Assembly: GCF_006345805.1 (NCBI RefSeq)
Contig: NC_043005.1
Span: forward strand, 15,190,001-15,254,000
DNA: 64,000 nt
Source: Octopus sinensis
Lineage: Eukaryota
Direction of reading: 5' to 3'
The position numbers and the translations under genes are program-made. The notes under the pieces were generated by a model. The model was not told the DNA's origin. It saw only the letters and a program-made list of their open reading frames with translations, and made no database searches. This document shows positions 1-12,565 of this stretch, one piece after another; the stretch's first letter is position 1; each line of letters starts with the position of its first letter.

Positions 1-95
1 GGCCTCGGCGGAATTTCAACTCGGAACGTAAAAACGAACGAAATGCCGCTAAGCATCTAGCTCGTTGTGCTAATGATTCTGCCTTTTCGCTACCT
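1..95 (-). mobile_element. SINE family A, 5' part (runs off window)
   Basis: Reverse complement of the family A tRNA-like head (..gttccgagttgaaattccgccgagg). Confidence 0.7.
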
Positions 96-104
96 GAATA
101 ATGA

Positions 105-725
105 TAATAATGGTTTCAAATTTTGGCACAAGGCCAATAATTTCGTGGGAGAGGGTAAGTCAATTACAATTCGATTCAATGCTCAACTGGTACTTATTTT
201 ATCAAGCCTGAAAGGTTGACAGGCAAAGTCGACCTCAGCGGAATTTGAATACAGAACGTAAGGACGGACGAAATATCGCTTAGCAGTTTGCCCGGCGTGC
301 TAATAATTCTTATTTCTTTATTGCCCACAAAGGGCTAAACATAGAGGGGACAAACAAGGACAGACAAAGGGATTAAGTCGATTACATCGACTCCAGTGCA
401 TAACTGGTACTTAATTTGTCGACCCCGAAAGGATGAAAGGCAAAGTCGACTTCTGCGGAATTTGAACTGAGAACGTAAAGACTGACGAAATACCTATTTC
501 TTTACTACCCACAAGGGGCTAAACACAGAGAGGACAAACAAGGACAGACAAACGGATTAAGTCGATTATATCGACCCCAGTGCGTAACTGGTACTTATTT
601 AATCGACCCCGAAAGGCTGAAAGGCAAAGTCGACCTCGGCGGAATTTGAACTCAGAACGTAGCGGCAGACGATACTGCTAAGCATTTCGCCCAGCACGCT
701 AACGTTTCTACCAGCTCACCGCCTT
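105..725 (-). mobile_element. SINE family A, composite trimer
   Basis: Three consecutive monomers with junctions near 310 and 494, each with B box gagttcaaattcc and central gtcgactttgcctttcatcctttcggggtcga..aagtaccag (resembles the Meta-type SINE domain). Confidence 0.85.
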
Positions 726-1009
726 AAGGCCAACAATTTTTGGGGAAAGTAGATTACATTAACTCTCTATCCTCTCCAAAAACCCTCTCCAGAACCTTTG
801 CTCAAGGACGGCGATTTTGAGGAAAGGGCTTAATTCATGCCATCGACCGCAACTGTTGTACTAACGCTGTACTCTGGCATCCACTACTATTAGTCAGCGT
901 GTAAAGATGTGAAACAAATACCACAACGTATTTTATCCGACGCTCTGTCGATTTTACTAGCTTGCCGTCTTTGGTTTGTGATGTAGGTAATACAACGCTC
1001 GGCAGTTTT

Positions 1010-1612
1010 GAAGGGACACGATTAGTCCATTACATTGACCCCAGTACTTGACTGGGACTTTATTTTATCGACTTAGAAAAGGTGAAAGGCCAAGTTGACC
1101 TAAATGGGATTTGACCCCAGAGCCAGAAAAAAAATTCCAATGCATTTGTACAGACGCTCTAACGAGTCTGCCTTCTCGCCGCCATTTAAAATAATATTTA
1201 CGTTCCTTTCCACTAATAGGCACAAGACCTGAAATTTTAGGAGGATAATCGATTATAGTACTCAATTGATACTTGTTTTATTGACCTCGAAAAGATGAAA
1301 GGCAAAGTCGATCTTGGTGGAATTTGAACTCAGAACGTAAAGATGGACGAAATGCCACTAAGCGTTTTGCCGGCGCGGTAACGATTCTGCTGGCTCGCCG
1401 TCCTAACAGTTTCAAATATTGATTTCAAATTTGGAGGAGGGATAAGTCGATTACATCGATGCCAGTCATCAAATGGTACTTATTTTATCGACTCTAAAAG
1501 ATGAAAAGCGAAGTCGACATTGTAAAATTTGAACTCAGAACATAAAGACGAATCAAATAACGCTAAACATTTTGCTTGCTGTACTAACGATTCTGCCAGC
1601 TCGCCGCCTTAA
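1010..1612 (-). mobile_element. three diverged SINE family A copies (~1010-1190, ~1205-1405, ~1420-1612)
   Basis: Repeated aaggcaaagtcgac..ggaatttgaactcagaacgtaa..ctgccagctcgccgcc motifs. Confidence 0.75.
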
Positions 1613-2799
1613 CGATTTAGAAATATTAATAATGAAAAATATATATTTTTAATTGTTTTGTTTCGATGATATGTAAGGAAAAGTTTTTTTTCTGTGAAAT
1701 TTATTCAATTATCGGAAACAAAATTATAGACACATAAATGAGAAGGTACTGTTCAAATAATCTTTCCTTCATAGTTTCAAGAAACAACGAACATCTTAAA
1801 ACTGAGGAAGCAAAATTGTGTAATTACAGCAAAAAAAAAAGCAAAAACGAAAGTAGTCATTGAGTTTTGATTACAAATATATTCATTGGTATAAAAGTTT
1901 TTGTTACAAAAGCTAGAAGCAATCATAATAGTTTCTTGTTTTTGGCATGAAAATCAAAGCAAAAATTTGGAAATTCTTTATTTCTGTCCTTGTATATGCG
2001 TTTTACGTCCGTTTTTCCATGGTAGCATGGGTGGGTGAGATGGTCTGTCGTTCCATTAAGCCTTTTAGTTGCCTCTTACAACACGCAAGGATGCAATGTA
2101 CGTATTATAAAACCATTCTGTGTGTGTATTCATACTTATTTAAAGTGAAAAATTATCGTAAGCAATCACTGACATTGATATTTTGCGTGGTGGTGGTGGT
2201 GGTGGTGGGGAAATCGAAATTTTGAATAAATAATTATTTTTCCAGAATCGTGATATCCGCATTTGGAAACGTGAGAACAAGCACTCTCAAAAAATTTCCC
2301 CAAGAAAAATGGTGCTCGTGGAAGGAGGAAATGGATAAAACGTTTGAAATCCCCCCCTCCCCGTCATGTCACAATCGTAATCTCCATTGCTGAAAATAAA
2401 ATAATCCGAAAAAATTTTTTAAATCACAAAGAATCTAATCTATCTATCTATCTATCTATCGGCATACTCAAGCTTTGGTGCACGTTAAATATATTTTTGT
2501 GCCATAAAAAAAATCATTGTAAGATTTTAAAGAAATTACCGAATTTATAATTAGTTACAGACGTTTTATTGGATTTCTTATTGAACACTATCATAAAAGG
2601 GTGTCCAACCATGACCATACCGTCTTTTTATAACAGAGGCTACATTTATCCAGTGTATCCTTTATTTAAGACAAGAGTGGGTAATCTGGCTATTATTTCT
2701 ACTAGATCACGTAGAGGCTTCTTTATTGGCTCCTGTGGTAGAACGCTTTATTCTGCATTTCCGAGTGAAGATCATTAAGGCTGATTTCAATGAATAATC

Positions 2800-3007
2800 C
2801 TTTTATACTATAGACACAAGACCTGAAATTTTGGGGGAGGCGGTTCGTTGATTAGATCGACTTCAGTGCTCAGACGATACTTATTTTATCGATCCTAAAA
2901 CAATGGTCGACCTCAGCGGCATTTGAACTTGGAACGTAAGCCAGAAGAAATCCGAAATGCCGCTAAGCATTCTGTCCGGCGTGCTAACGATTTCTGCCAG
3001 CTCGCCG
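2800..3007 (-). mobile_element. SINE family A
   Basis: Same head and central domain, with tail type 2 (cacaagacctgaaattttgggg). Confidence 0.75.
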
Positions 3008-3159
3008 AAACACATTCGATGTAGGTCTCCACTTTCAACTCCGATACATAATTAGAAGTATTTGATACCAGTTAATGGATGTCAACAAAAAATATTTTCT
3101 ATTCGTTTGTGTGTCAATATTTGAATATACTTGTACAGTCAATTAGTTTAAGCCATCCA

Positions 3160-3398
3160 AAGGCGGCGAGCTGGCAGAAACGTTAGCACGCCGGGCGAAA
3201 TGCGTAGCCGTATTTTGTCTGCCGTTACGTTCTGAGTTCAAATTCCGCCGAGGTCGACTTTGCCTTTCATCCTTTCGGGGTCGATTAAATAAGTACCAGT
3301 TACGCACTGGGGTCGATATAATCGACTTAATCTGTTTGTCTGTCCTTGTTTGTCCTCTCTGTGTTTAGCCCCTTGTGGGTAGTAAAGAAATAAGTATC
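3160..3398 (+). mobile_element. SINE family A, young full-length copy with 9-bp TSD
   Basis: Starts aggcggcgagctggcagaa and ends in an aagaaataag tail; TSD agccatcca at 3151-3159 and 3399-3407. Confidence 0.9.
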
Positions 3399-5610
3399 AG
3401 CCATCCACAATATCTGTGGAAGAAAAAGTATGTGGCTGAATACCTATACATATGTGAACATATTTCTGTTGCATTTTGCATAATCTGTAGCTCGTCCGGC
3501 ATATAATAGTGCAGGGCGTTGTAGTTAATATCCATATAATTTGCCCTCTCGAGAAAAGGGGCAGTGCCTATGAATCTTTCCAGGATTTCAGTGATTGGTG
3601 AGAAAGAAATTTATCCCTAAGTGAGAGTCTTGGCTCAAATATTTGCAATAGAGTGGACTTCACTATAGTCACTCAAAGGACAGATGGTAATATTAATTAA
3701 ACCAGTTATAATACTCGAACACGAACAGTGCTTTAATCGAGCTACGATTTCATTCACAAGCTTTTGGGTCGATTCAAGGCTATGGTAGACAGACGCCTGC
3801 CAAAGTAGCTGCGCAGAGGGATCGAATTCGAAACCACATAGTTGCGTAGCTAACTTCTTTGCAACACACTTAATAAACCAAGATTTCGAAAGACTAAGTA
3901 CTTTTCTATTCACTTTGTAATCATTGATAAAACATTAGGAACAACAAAAAGTAAAAGCATATTGTTAGAACGTTAGGAAAATTATCTTGCCGGATTTCTT
4001 AGGCTAGCTTTGCTTTTTCCCTGTCACTGTTGATAAAAAAGAAGAATTTGTCTTCTTCGATATCATGTCTGCTAGCACTGTAAATCGTCCCAAAGCTCCT
4101 CTTAAATTTGTGCTTATGTTTGTAACAATTATCATTTTAAAAGCAGTGGCATTTAGTTACATCACTTTGTTCTGAGTTCAAATCTCACCAAGGTCAGCTT
4201 TGCCTGTCGTCTTTTCGGGTTGATGAAATGAAGTACCAGTCACTTACTAGGATTCTTTGTATCAATTAAACCCCTTCCCTACTTATTTTTAGCCTTGTAC
4301 CTGTCATCCCAGAGTTATGACATGTACAACAAGTACTGTGGTCAAAGGTATCGACTAAGCTCACATTTCAAATTTGCTGGTCCTTTGTCTAAATTGGAAA
4401 CAACAATCATCTTTTTTTAAAGGGAGGCTGCTGAAAGAATCAGTGAAGCAGCGTTTTATCGAGGTGTATTTAGTTACATCTTTTTCTTTAATATGTTCTG
4501 TGTTCAAATCCCACCCCGCTGTCGACTTAGTATTTTCTTTTATCGAGACGATTAAACGCTAGAAGTCACGGTTAAATCGACTATTCACCTCCCTGAAATG
4601 CACTGACATAAATTTTTGCTAATGTCAAAAATTATTATTAGAGCGACTACCATAAGGCCTACTTTATATTCAGTATACATCCACATTAACTTTCAAATCC
4701 TGACAAGGTCGAACTTGTCTTTTATTACCCTGAAATCGATAAAATAAAACGCTTGGAAAGAACTTGGGTCGATTTAATATTTATATAAAGTTATGTATGG
4801 AGTTTATATAACGATATTTATATAAAGTTATGTATGGAGTTATTATATAACAATGAAAGTAATCAAGCAGCGCTATCAAACCTGATATCAATAGAATCGT
4901 ATGATTTTTTTGTGGTTAGGATTGTAAGGAAGGCATGCAAAAAGAAGAAAAAAAAAACCACTTTATAGTGACATGCACTCAAATGTTGTTTGCTTTCAAC
5001 CTGTTAAATAGATTTATCTAAAAGAAATAATACACTAAAATAATAATGATAATTGACTACTTGGTTTAAAAAAGTGAAGTTAAAGGTATTGCTCCGTCTT
5101 AAAAGATCAGAATAATCACAAAGTAGTGTTTGTTTTATAAGCAATAAATAAATAAAGGTGTACGTTTTTGTACAGTCCTTTCCTCTCTTTTTACGTTTTG
5201 CTAGTCATGACATTTACTTGGCCGGGAGCACGTTGTTTGTTAAGCGAAGTTAAACTATTTACTCTCCGGTATTGCATGTATAGATACATGTATACTATGT
5301 ATTCTCTAGTTTATGTGTTACACATGTAAAGCATGTTTCCGCAAGTTCACGTCTTCAACTTCCCTCCCTCGCCCCCCCCCCCCTTTAAAAAAAGAGAAAG
5401 TCATACGTTTTTAGTCCTACACACACACACACACACACACATCTTATTTGTAGAAGTTTTTCAAATAATATTACGTATTCATTGACGTAATATAAAGTAG
5501 ATGCATTTAGTATGCATAACACTCTTCTGAAGTATTTTACTTCAGCCCTATTGCATAGGTGTGTACATATATACTTTCCCCCCTCACGCATATGTGTATG
5601 CGTATATATA

Positions 5611-5955
5611 TATATATATTGGTACAGGACGTCACCAACTGTGTAAACAACATGAAGTACGAAAAGAAACGTTAAATACGCAAGCAACGAGAGAAAAAAT
5701 GGAAAACAGGACAGGCAACACAAAGAACGAGCCTTCATCAGTTGTCGGCTGTCTATCTACTTCTCATTTCGAGCATTCAACGACAATACTCAAAATGAGG
5801 AGTAGATAGACAGCCGACAACCGATGAAGGGTCATTGTTTGTGTTACTTGTCCTGTTTTCCATTTTTCTGTCGTTGTTTGCGTATTTAACACCTTTTTTT
5901 TCGTACTTCATGTTGTTTACACAGTTGGTGACATCCTCTACCCATGTATATATAT
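5611..5955. mobile_element. foldback element (~155-bp inverted arms, 23-bp spacer) embedded in (TA)n
   Basis: 5621-5769 is the near-perfect reverse complement of 5793-5945; spacer cgagcattcaacgacaatactca; (TA)n on both sides. Confidence 0.8.
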
Positions 5956-5994
5956 GTATATATATATGTATATATATATGTATATATATATATG

Positions 5995-6047
<53 letters not shown>

Positions 6048-6697
6048 GTTGAATGTCAAAAAGAGTAAGTGTACTGTGTATATCTATCCTTAAAAGTCGT
6101 TCCGCTAAGCCTAGATAAGTTCATTCACATTGATTTACTAACATCACTTTCACACAGTATACCAACTCTGTTGAGGCATTTACTATGAAGTAAACATCAG
6201 TTGATGTTAGCAAAATTACATTTGGTTTCATTAGATTACATGAGACTGTTGTTAAAGTTTCTTCTGTTTATGCGGGAAATCAGATTTCTTATTACAGCTT
6301 ACTTTCAAAGTGTTGTTTTATGGTATTGTGAGGTGTTGTTGTTAGGTGGTATTTATTGTATTTCTTCTTTGTCCTGCTCTCTTGCAGACGATCAGACCTC
6401 AACCAAATCAAATAGCATATCGTTATTATACTTTACCAAACATTAAATTTTTAACGTGCATCCTTGAGTGCATTAAAAAAATTTTATTGCAGTATATTTA
6501 GATCCACCACTAACACAATTATTACCTTTAGGAAACAAAACCATTGAGCAGTTATAAAGCCGTCTCTTCTCCAAGTAAAATACTCCTGTTCACCTTTTTG
6601 AAATGCACCTCGAGTAAATCATTATGATTTCTTATTGTTGATAGAAAGTACATATATGCGAGTGAAACTGATCGTGTATGTATGCATAGGTTTAGTA

Positions 6698-6897
6698 CAG
6701 TGTTTTTCAAACTTCTTGCTGGAGCGGAACCCAAGGAAACATTCCACTGGCTCGAGGAACCCCTGTGCAATAATTTAATAGTTTTATGCACACATATTTG
6801 CACAGGAGAATTAAAAATTGCTGCCGATTTTAGCAGTTTTGTAACTTCTTGCGGAACCCCTGGACTGTACTGGCGGAACCCTGGTTGAAAACCACTG
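6698..6897. mobile_element. hAT-type MITE with 8-bp TSD
   Basis: TIRs cagtgtttttcaa / ttgaaaaccactg; perfect TSD gtttagta (6690-97, 6898-6905). Confidence 0.9.
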
Positions 6898-7339
6898 GTT
6901 TAGTAGAATAAACAAGCAAACTGGAGAATATTATATACGTTTTTGCTAAATTATTCCCGGCCCTTACAAAAGTGTCACGAAACTCTCAGCACTTGAGTCA
7001 CTTCTGTAACTGTCTATTAAAAATAATAGCAAAAATATGTATTCAGTGATTTAAAAAAGAAACAAAAACAACTCCACTTCACTCAAATTTCCTTGTAATC
7101 AACAACGCAATACTTGTGCCTGCTGTTATTACAGTAAAAAACAACATACACACATACATAGCCCTCTTGTTACAATACAAACTATCCCTTCCTTCCTGCC
7201 TGACTGATGGCTGCTTGCCTTCCTCATCCCACTAATATACCATGCTCTCTCACACTTCAGCTATGTTCAACAAACCCCACTCCACGTCTTCACCCCGTAT
7301 AAATTTTTTGTATTTCTTTATAATTCTCGCTGCTCTCAT

Positions 7340-7447
7340 CAACAGGTTGTTGGCGAACACAGAAACGTAGAGGATATGAGGGAGGGAGTACATAGAAAGG
7401 GATGGCGCCGAAGAGGGGAAGATTGAATTGAGAGTCTAAGTGAATGC
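7340..7447 (+). other. possible 5' UTR exon near the CpG boundary
   Basis: Acceptor-like caacag at ~7345 and donor-like GTGAGT at ~7448, followed by GT/GA-rich sequence; no usable ORF. Confidence 0.2.
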
Positions 7448-8196
7448 GTGAGTGTGTATGTGTTGCGTGTGTGTGTGTGTGTGAGCGCGCTTGTGCGCAT
7501 GAAATGAGAACTAGAGTGATATTGCGTGTTGTAAGTAAATGTATATATGTAAGAGAGCTAGTGTGAGAGAGTAAAAGAATTAGTGTGTATGTGAGATGCT
7601 GACAGGGTGAGAGCGATGTGTATATATGTCTGTGTGTGGTGATGTGCTTAAAAAAGAAATAAAAGAGGTTCTTGGAGAGGGTGTAGGTTACGTTAAAACA
7701 TGACTAGAAGAAGTTCTGTTTTTCTTTTCTTTTCTTCATAGAATTACTGTGTTTGCTACCAATATATATTTTAGCTGACGAATCAAGATGTATCCTTAGA
7801 TATATACATACCAAATTCTAAGGAGCTTCACCCCGTTTTTTTTTTTTTCTCTCCTTATCTTTTCCTTCTCTTTTTGAATTCTTGATTTTCTTTTAGTGAT
7901 TGCCAGAATTCGTTCAATTGTTTTTATTTCTTATCTTTTTTTTCTTTCTTTCTTTCTTCCTCATTGTTTTTACATAATTTCCTTGTTGGAAATGTTCTCA
8001 AACAATTGCTAACGCAATAAGTAGAAGAGACTGACTATTTCTTAGTATATATGTTGTTACTGTATATATATATTAACACTGACCAACTCTGATAAAAGCA
8101 GAGACCTATATAATGAAAGACGTTCTAGCTGTAATCATCATTTCTTTGACTACCCCTTCTCTTCAAGGAGGTTTCTATGAGAAAATTATCCAATAT

Positions 8197-8597
8197 AGGC
8201 GTAGGAGTGACTGTGTGGTAAGTAGCTTGCTTACCAACCACATGGTTCTGGGTTCAGTCCCACTGCGTGGCACCTTGGGCAAGTGTCTTCTACTATAGCC
8301 TCGGGCCAACCAAACCTTGTGAGTGGATTTGGCAGACGGAAACTGAAAGAAGCCCGTCGTATATATGTATATATATGTGTGTGTGTGTATATGTTTGTGT
8401 GTCTGTGTTTGTCCCCCCAACATCGCTTGACAACTGATGCTGGTGTGTTTATGTCTACGTAACTTAGCGGTTCGGCAAAAGAGACCCATAGAATAAGTAC
8501 TAGGCTTACAAAGAATAAGTCCTGGGGTTGATTTGCTCGACTAAAGGCCGTGCTCCAGCATGGCCACAGTCAAATGACTGAAACAAGTAAAAGAGTA
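8197..8597 (+). mobile_element. SINE family B, full length (tRNA head, CORE-like segment, internal TA/TG microsatellite)
   Basis: A box gtgtggtaag, B box gggttcagtccc, caccttgggcaagtgtctt (CORE-like), tail tgactgaaacaagtaaaagag. Confidence 0.9.
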
Positions 8598-9069
8598 ATG
8601 TGATCTTATGCTTTAAAATTGAATGATGTGATTTGTGACATTTGGGAGCTATATCTAGCAGATCTAGGTACTGCATCTGAGGCTCTTTAATGGGCATCTA
8701 TATATCATTTATAACTGGTTCTGCATTTTATAGAATTCTCAATTCTCATCCATGTAAATTGCCTTAGGGAGGACGAACCAACGAAGTCGTCCATGGCAGC
8801 ATTTGAAATCAGAATATAATATACTGATATAAAATAACATCATATGTATTCTTGCCATGAACGTATATCCCTTATATCACTTGATTAAAGCAGACGGGTT
8901 TTCAGCAGTATCAATTAAACATTGAAGCAAGGATCTCCTATTTCTATGTTCCAGTTCTGTAAGAAAGAAATTGATGTAGATCTCTACTCATTAAAAATGT
9001 GAAATGCAACTCATTTACGTAATGGTACAGAGTTGACGAAGTAACATTAATACTGTAAGATTTCCAATA

Positions 9070-9389
9070 CAGAGTGGGTGATAAGAAGTTTGCTTTCCAA
9101 CCAACCATATAGTTCTGGGTTCCATCCAACTTACGTGGCACCTTGGGTAAATGTCATCTGGACCGACCAAAAGCCTAGTGAGTGGATTTGGTAAATAGAA
9201 GCTGAAAGAAGCCCATCGTATATATATATATATATATACGCATTGGCGTTAGGAAGGGCATCCAGCTGTAGAAACATTGCCAGATAAGACTGGAGCCTGG
9301 TGCAGCCTTCAGGCTTCCCAGATCCCCAGTCGAACCGTCCAACCCATGCTAGCATGGAGAACGGACGTTAAACAATGATGATGATGATG

Positions 9390-9390
<1 letters not shown>
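9070..9390 (+). mobile_element. SINE B head joined through (TA)n to a family C tail ending (ATG)n
   Basis: B head 9070-9240, then ggcgttaggaagggcatccagctgtagaaac..cccatgctagcatgga..atgatgatg. Confidence 0.8.
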
Positions 9391-9425
<35 letters not shown>

Positions 9426-9595
9426 CTCATTACTGCTTGACTACTGGTACTGGTTTGCTGACGTTTTCATAACTTAGAGATTTGGCAAAAGAGACCGATA
9501 GAATAAGTAACATGCTTAAAAAAAATAAGTAATGAGGTGGAGTCATTCAGCTAAAACCCTTCAAGGTAGTGTTCCAGCATGGTCGTAGTTTAATG

Positions 9596-9916
9596 GGGTT
9601 CAAGGCAAAAGCCCCCCCGGACAAAAGACCCCCTCCCCACAGATAAAAGCCCCACAGTTATTAGAATTTGTAGTTGAATGTGTTGATCCTAGAATTTATT
9701 TTTTACTTGTTGCAGTTATTAGACTTTAAAATTTTTTTAAAATTCTAATACTGATACATTCGACTAAAAGTTCTTCAAAACAGTGCCCCAGCATGGCCTC
9801 AATCTAATGACTGAAACAAGTAAAAGGTGAAAAAAACAAAAAAATAATCAAAAAATATAACCGTGGGGTTTTTGTCCTAGGGGGCCTTTGTCCTAAAGGG
9901 CTTTTACCCTACACTC
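9596..9916. mobile_element. Mutator-like MITE with 9-bp TSD
   Basis: ~60-bp imperfect TIRs with repeated ggacaaaagccccc; TSD agtttaatg (9587-95, 9917-25). It interrupts a SINE B tail and contains another B-tail fragment at ~9760-9830. Confidence 0.8.
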
Positions 9917-10468
9917 AGTTTAATGACATATATTTATATATATATATGTTTGGGTGTATGAAGATCCTTGAGCCGGCCGTATGGAGTTGCCCAGATGCCA
10001 GAATCCCTTCTTAGTCTCGCTGGTATTGATCAGATTTGGCTCCAGTTTGGCTGCAGTAGTTGCTGAAATAGTGTTGTGCCAAACAACACTTCACAGATTT
10101 ATTACAAGGGCTTTAGTTTTTTTCGCAAGGCAATGAGAGTGCTTACTCGTAATTGGGGATTCTTAGCACTGGACTATCTTTCTCCTTCTGTGCTTGTGTG
10201 TGTAGTGTTAGAAAGAGGGAAAAAATAGTAGCTGATGAAAGTCATAATGGGTGTATGTCGAGAAATACTTTAAAAGATTTTATAAGACAAGAAAATATGT
10301 GTCATAAGATGAAGTGAATCTGATGTTTATTGGGTAGGATACTTGCTCATTTCTTCTAAGAGTTTGTCCTCTGCAAAACCTCAGAACTCACTAACTCTCC
10401 TCATCTCATGAAACTTATTGTATTTTACTAATTAATTGTGATGGAATGGTATAATTATTAGATTGTTG

Positions 10469-10910
10469 AAGGTGGCAAGTTGGTAGAATTGTTAGCATGC
10501 CGGACGAAATGCTTAGCGGTATTTCATCTGCCACTACGTTCTGAGTTCAAATACTGCCGAGGTCGACTTTGCCTTTCATCCTTTCGGGGTCGATTAAATA
10601 AGTACTAGTTATGCACTGGGGTTCATATAATCGACTTAATCCTTTTATCTGTCCTTGTTTGTCCCCTCTGTGTGTAGCCCCTTGTGGGCAGTAAAGAAAT
10701 AAGAATCATTAGCACGCCAAGCAAAATGCTTAGCGGTAGTTCATCTGCCACTACGTTCTGAGTTCAAATTCTGCTGAGGTCGACTTTGCCTTTCATCCTT
10801 TCGGGGTTGATGAAATAAGTACCAGTTGCGCACTGGTGTCAATGTAATTGACAAGGCACGCCCTCCTCACCAAAATTTTCAAGGCCTTGTGCGTAGAGTA
10901 GAAATAATAA
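10469..10910 (+). mobile_element. SINE family A, composite dimer
   Basis: Tail-1 monomer joined near 10702 (aagaaataagaatcattagcacg) to a head-truncated tail-2 monomer. Confidence 0.85.
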
Positions 10911-12331
10911 TTGTTGGATTGTCAGACAAAATGTCTTGTGGAATTTAGTTACAGTTCTTTACGTTATGAGTTCAATTCCCACTAGGATCAACTTTTTCTG
11001 TTCGTTTTGATGTCGATAAAATAAAAATACTAGTCATGCACTGATGTTCGATTTAATATCCTTATATAGTGTCTGGGGGTGCTAATGGAATTATAATAGA
11101 TTTGATCTCAATATGTAAGAGGTGGAGAAAGAAATGAAATACTGTAGGGAATTTAGTTCAGTGCTCTACAGTTTCTTGTTTCTGCCTATTCACCATTCTT
11201 ATTCTAATATATTCAAATATATTAATCGCATTCATTTCTCTCTTCGTTTTTTCTTCTCTTTTATTCATTTATTTATTTGTGGATATTGGTTGCAGTTTGT
11301 TGGAGATTCTCAAATATTGCTAAATTGTCTACAGCTGCTTCCAACTCAGGTTTTTGTTTTTATTGTATAATAGATGTATGTATGTATGTATATATATATA
11401 TATATGTAAGTGAAGTAATGTGTGTGTAGTATGTTGTCCTTGTTTACTGTGAAATAATGGCCTGCTTTGTATGCATGTTTGTTTTATTGTTTTGTTTTAT
11501 GTAGTTGTTGTTTCATTTCCTTGTTTTTTTTTAATATAAAGAAATAAATTCTGATTCAGCATCATTCGAAATATAAGCTATGTTTTCTTTTTTCTTTTAT
11601 TATTTTTTTGTACAATTTTTTTTGGGTTTGTGTTTTTCCTCCGAGCAGAGGCCAAGAGAAAGAAAACTTGAGACAAAAAATACAACGCAGAAATTTTGTG
11701 TTTGTTTTTGTGTGAGTGATATGGAAATGCCTAATCTCTTTTTCACAGAGCTATAACCACGTTTTTTGGGAACTACTCCACCTCCTTCTCTTTCCTAACC
11801 CATAATCTTCATTCTGTCCTCATCCCCTTCCAATTCACTGAGACTTAAGAAAATGAACATAAACTATACTGAGCTTATCACCCTCACTTCTACATATTAA
11901 CCTTATGTACTCTTCTGACAGAGCCTGGAAAGGTTTATGGGTTAGGTTATGATAGTTTAGTTTTGAAGGTTTGTGAATTTAGACATGTTTAGTTCTGTTA
12001 GTTTTAGAATATGATGACTAAGGGTTAGACATCAACAATGGTTTATTGTTATTTAGTCTCAGGTCAACCATCATCTAGCAGGCTATGATCCAGAGACTAC
12101 ATTTCGAATTTGACCTTTATCGATTTCTTTTTCTTAATGAGAGAGTGATATCTCTAGTAAGGTCAAGTGACCATGTTGAGTCTCCATTATTGAATAGATG
12201 TCTTAATGACAGTGATTTCATTACGATAGCCTTACATGTATGTCATGGTTACCTCGTGGTGACATTCTTATCTGGTGGTACCCATTATTACTGGCACCAA
12301 GACGAACTGAAGTAATAGAATAAAGTATTCT

Positions 12332-12565
12332 TATTTCTTTATTTCCCACAAGGGGCTAAACATAGAGGGGACAAACAAGGACAGACAAAGGGATTAAATC
12401 GATTACATCGACCCCAGTGCGTAACTGGTACTTAATTTATTGACCCCAAAAGGATGAAAGGCAAAGTCGACCTCAGTGGAATTTGAACTCAGAACGCAGC
12501 GGTGGATGAAATACCACAAAGCATTTTGCCTGGTGTGCTAATGTTTCTGCCAGATCGCCTTCGAC
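12332..12565 (-). mobile_element. SINE family A with 15-bp TSD
   Basis: Full monomer; TSD agaataaagtattct at 12317-12331 and 12566-12580. Confidence 0.9.

Noticed and set aside
5720-5850. Hammerhead ribozyme in the 5.6-5.9 kb foldback
   Set aside because: CTGATGA is present, but I could not place GAAA with convincing stems II and III in any permutation.
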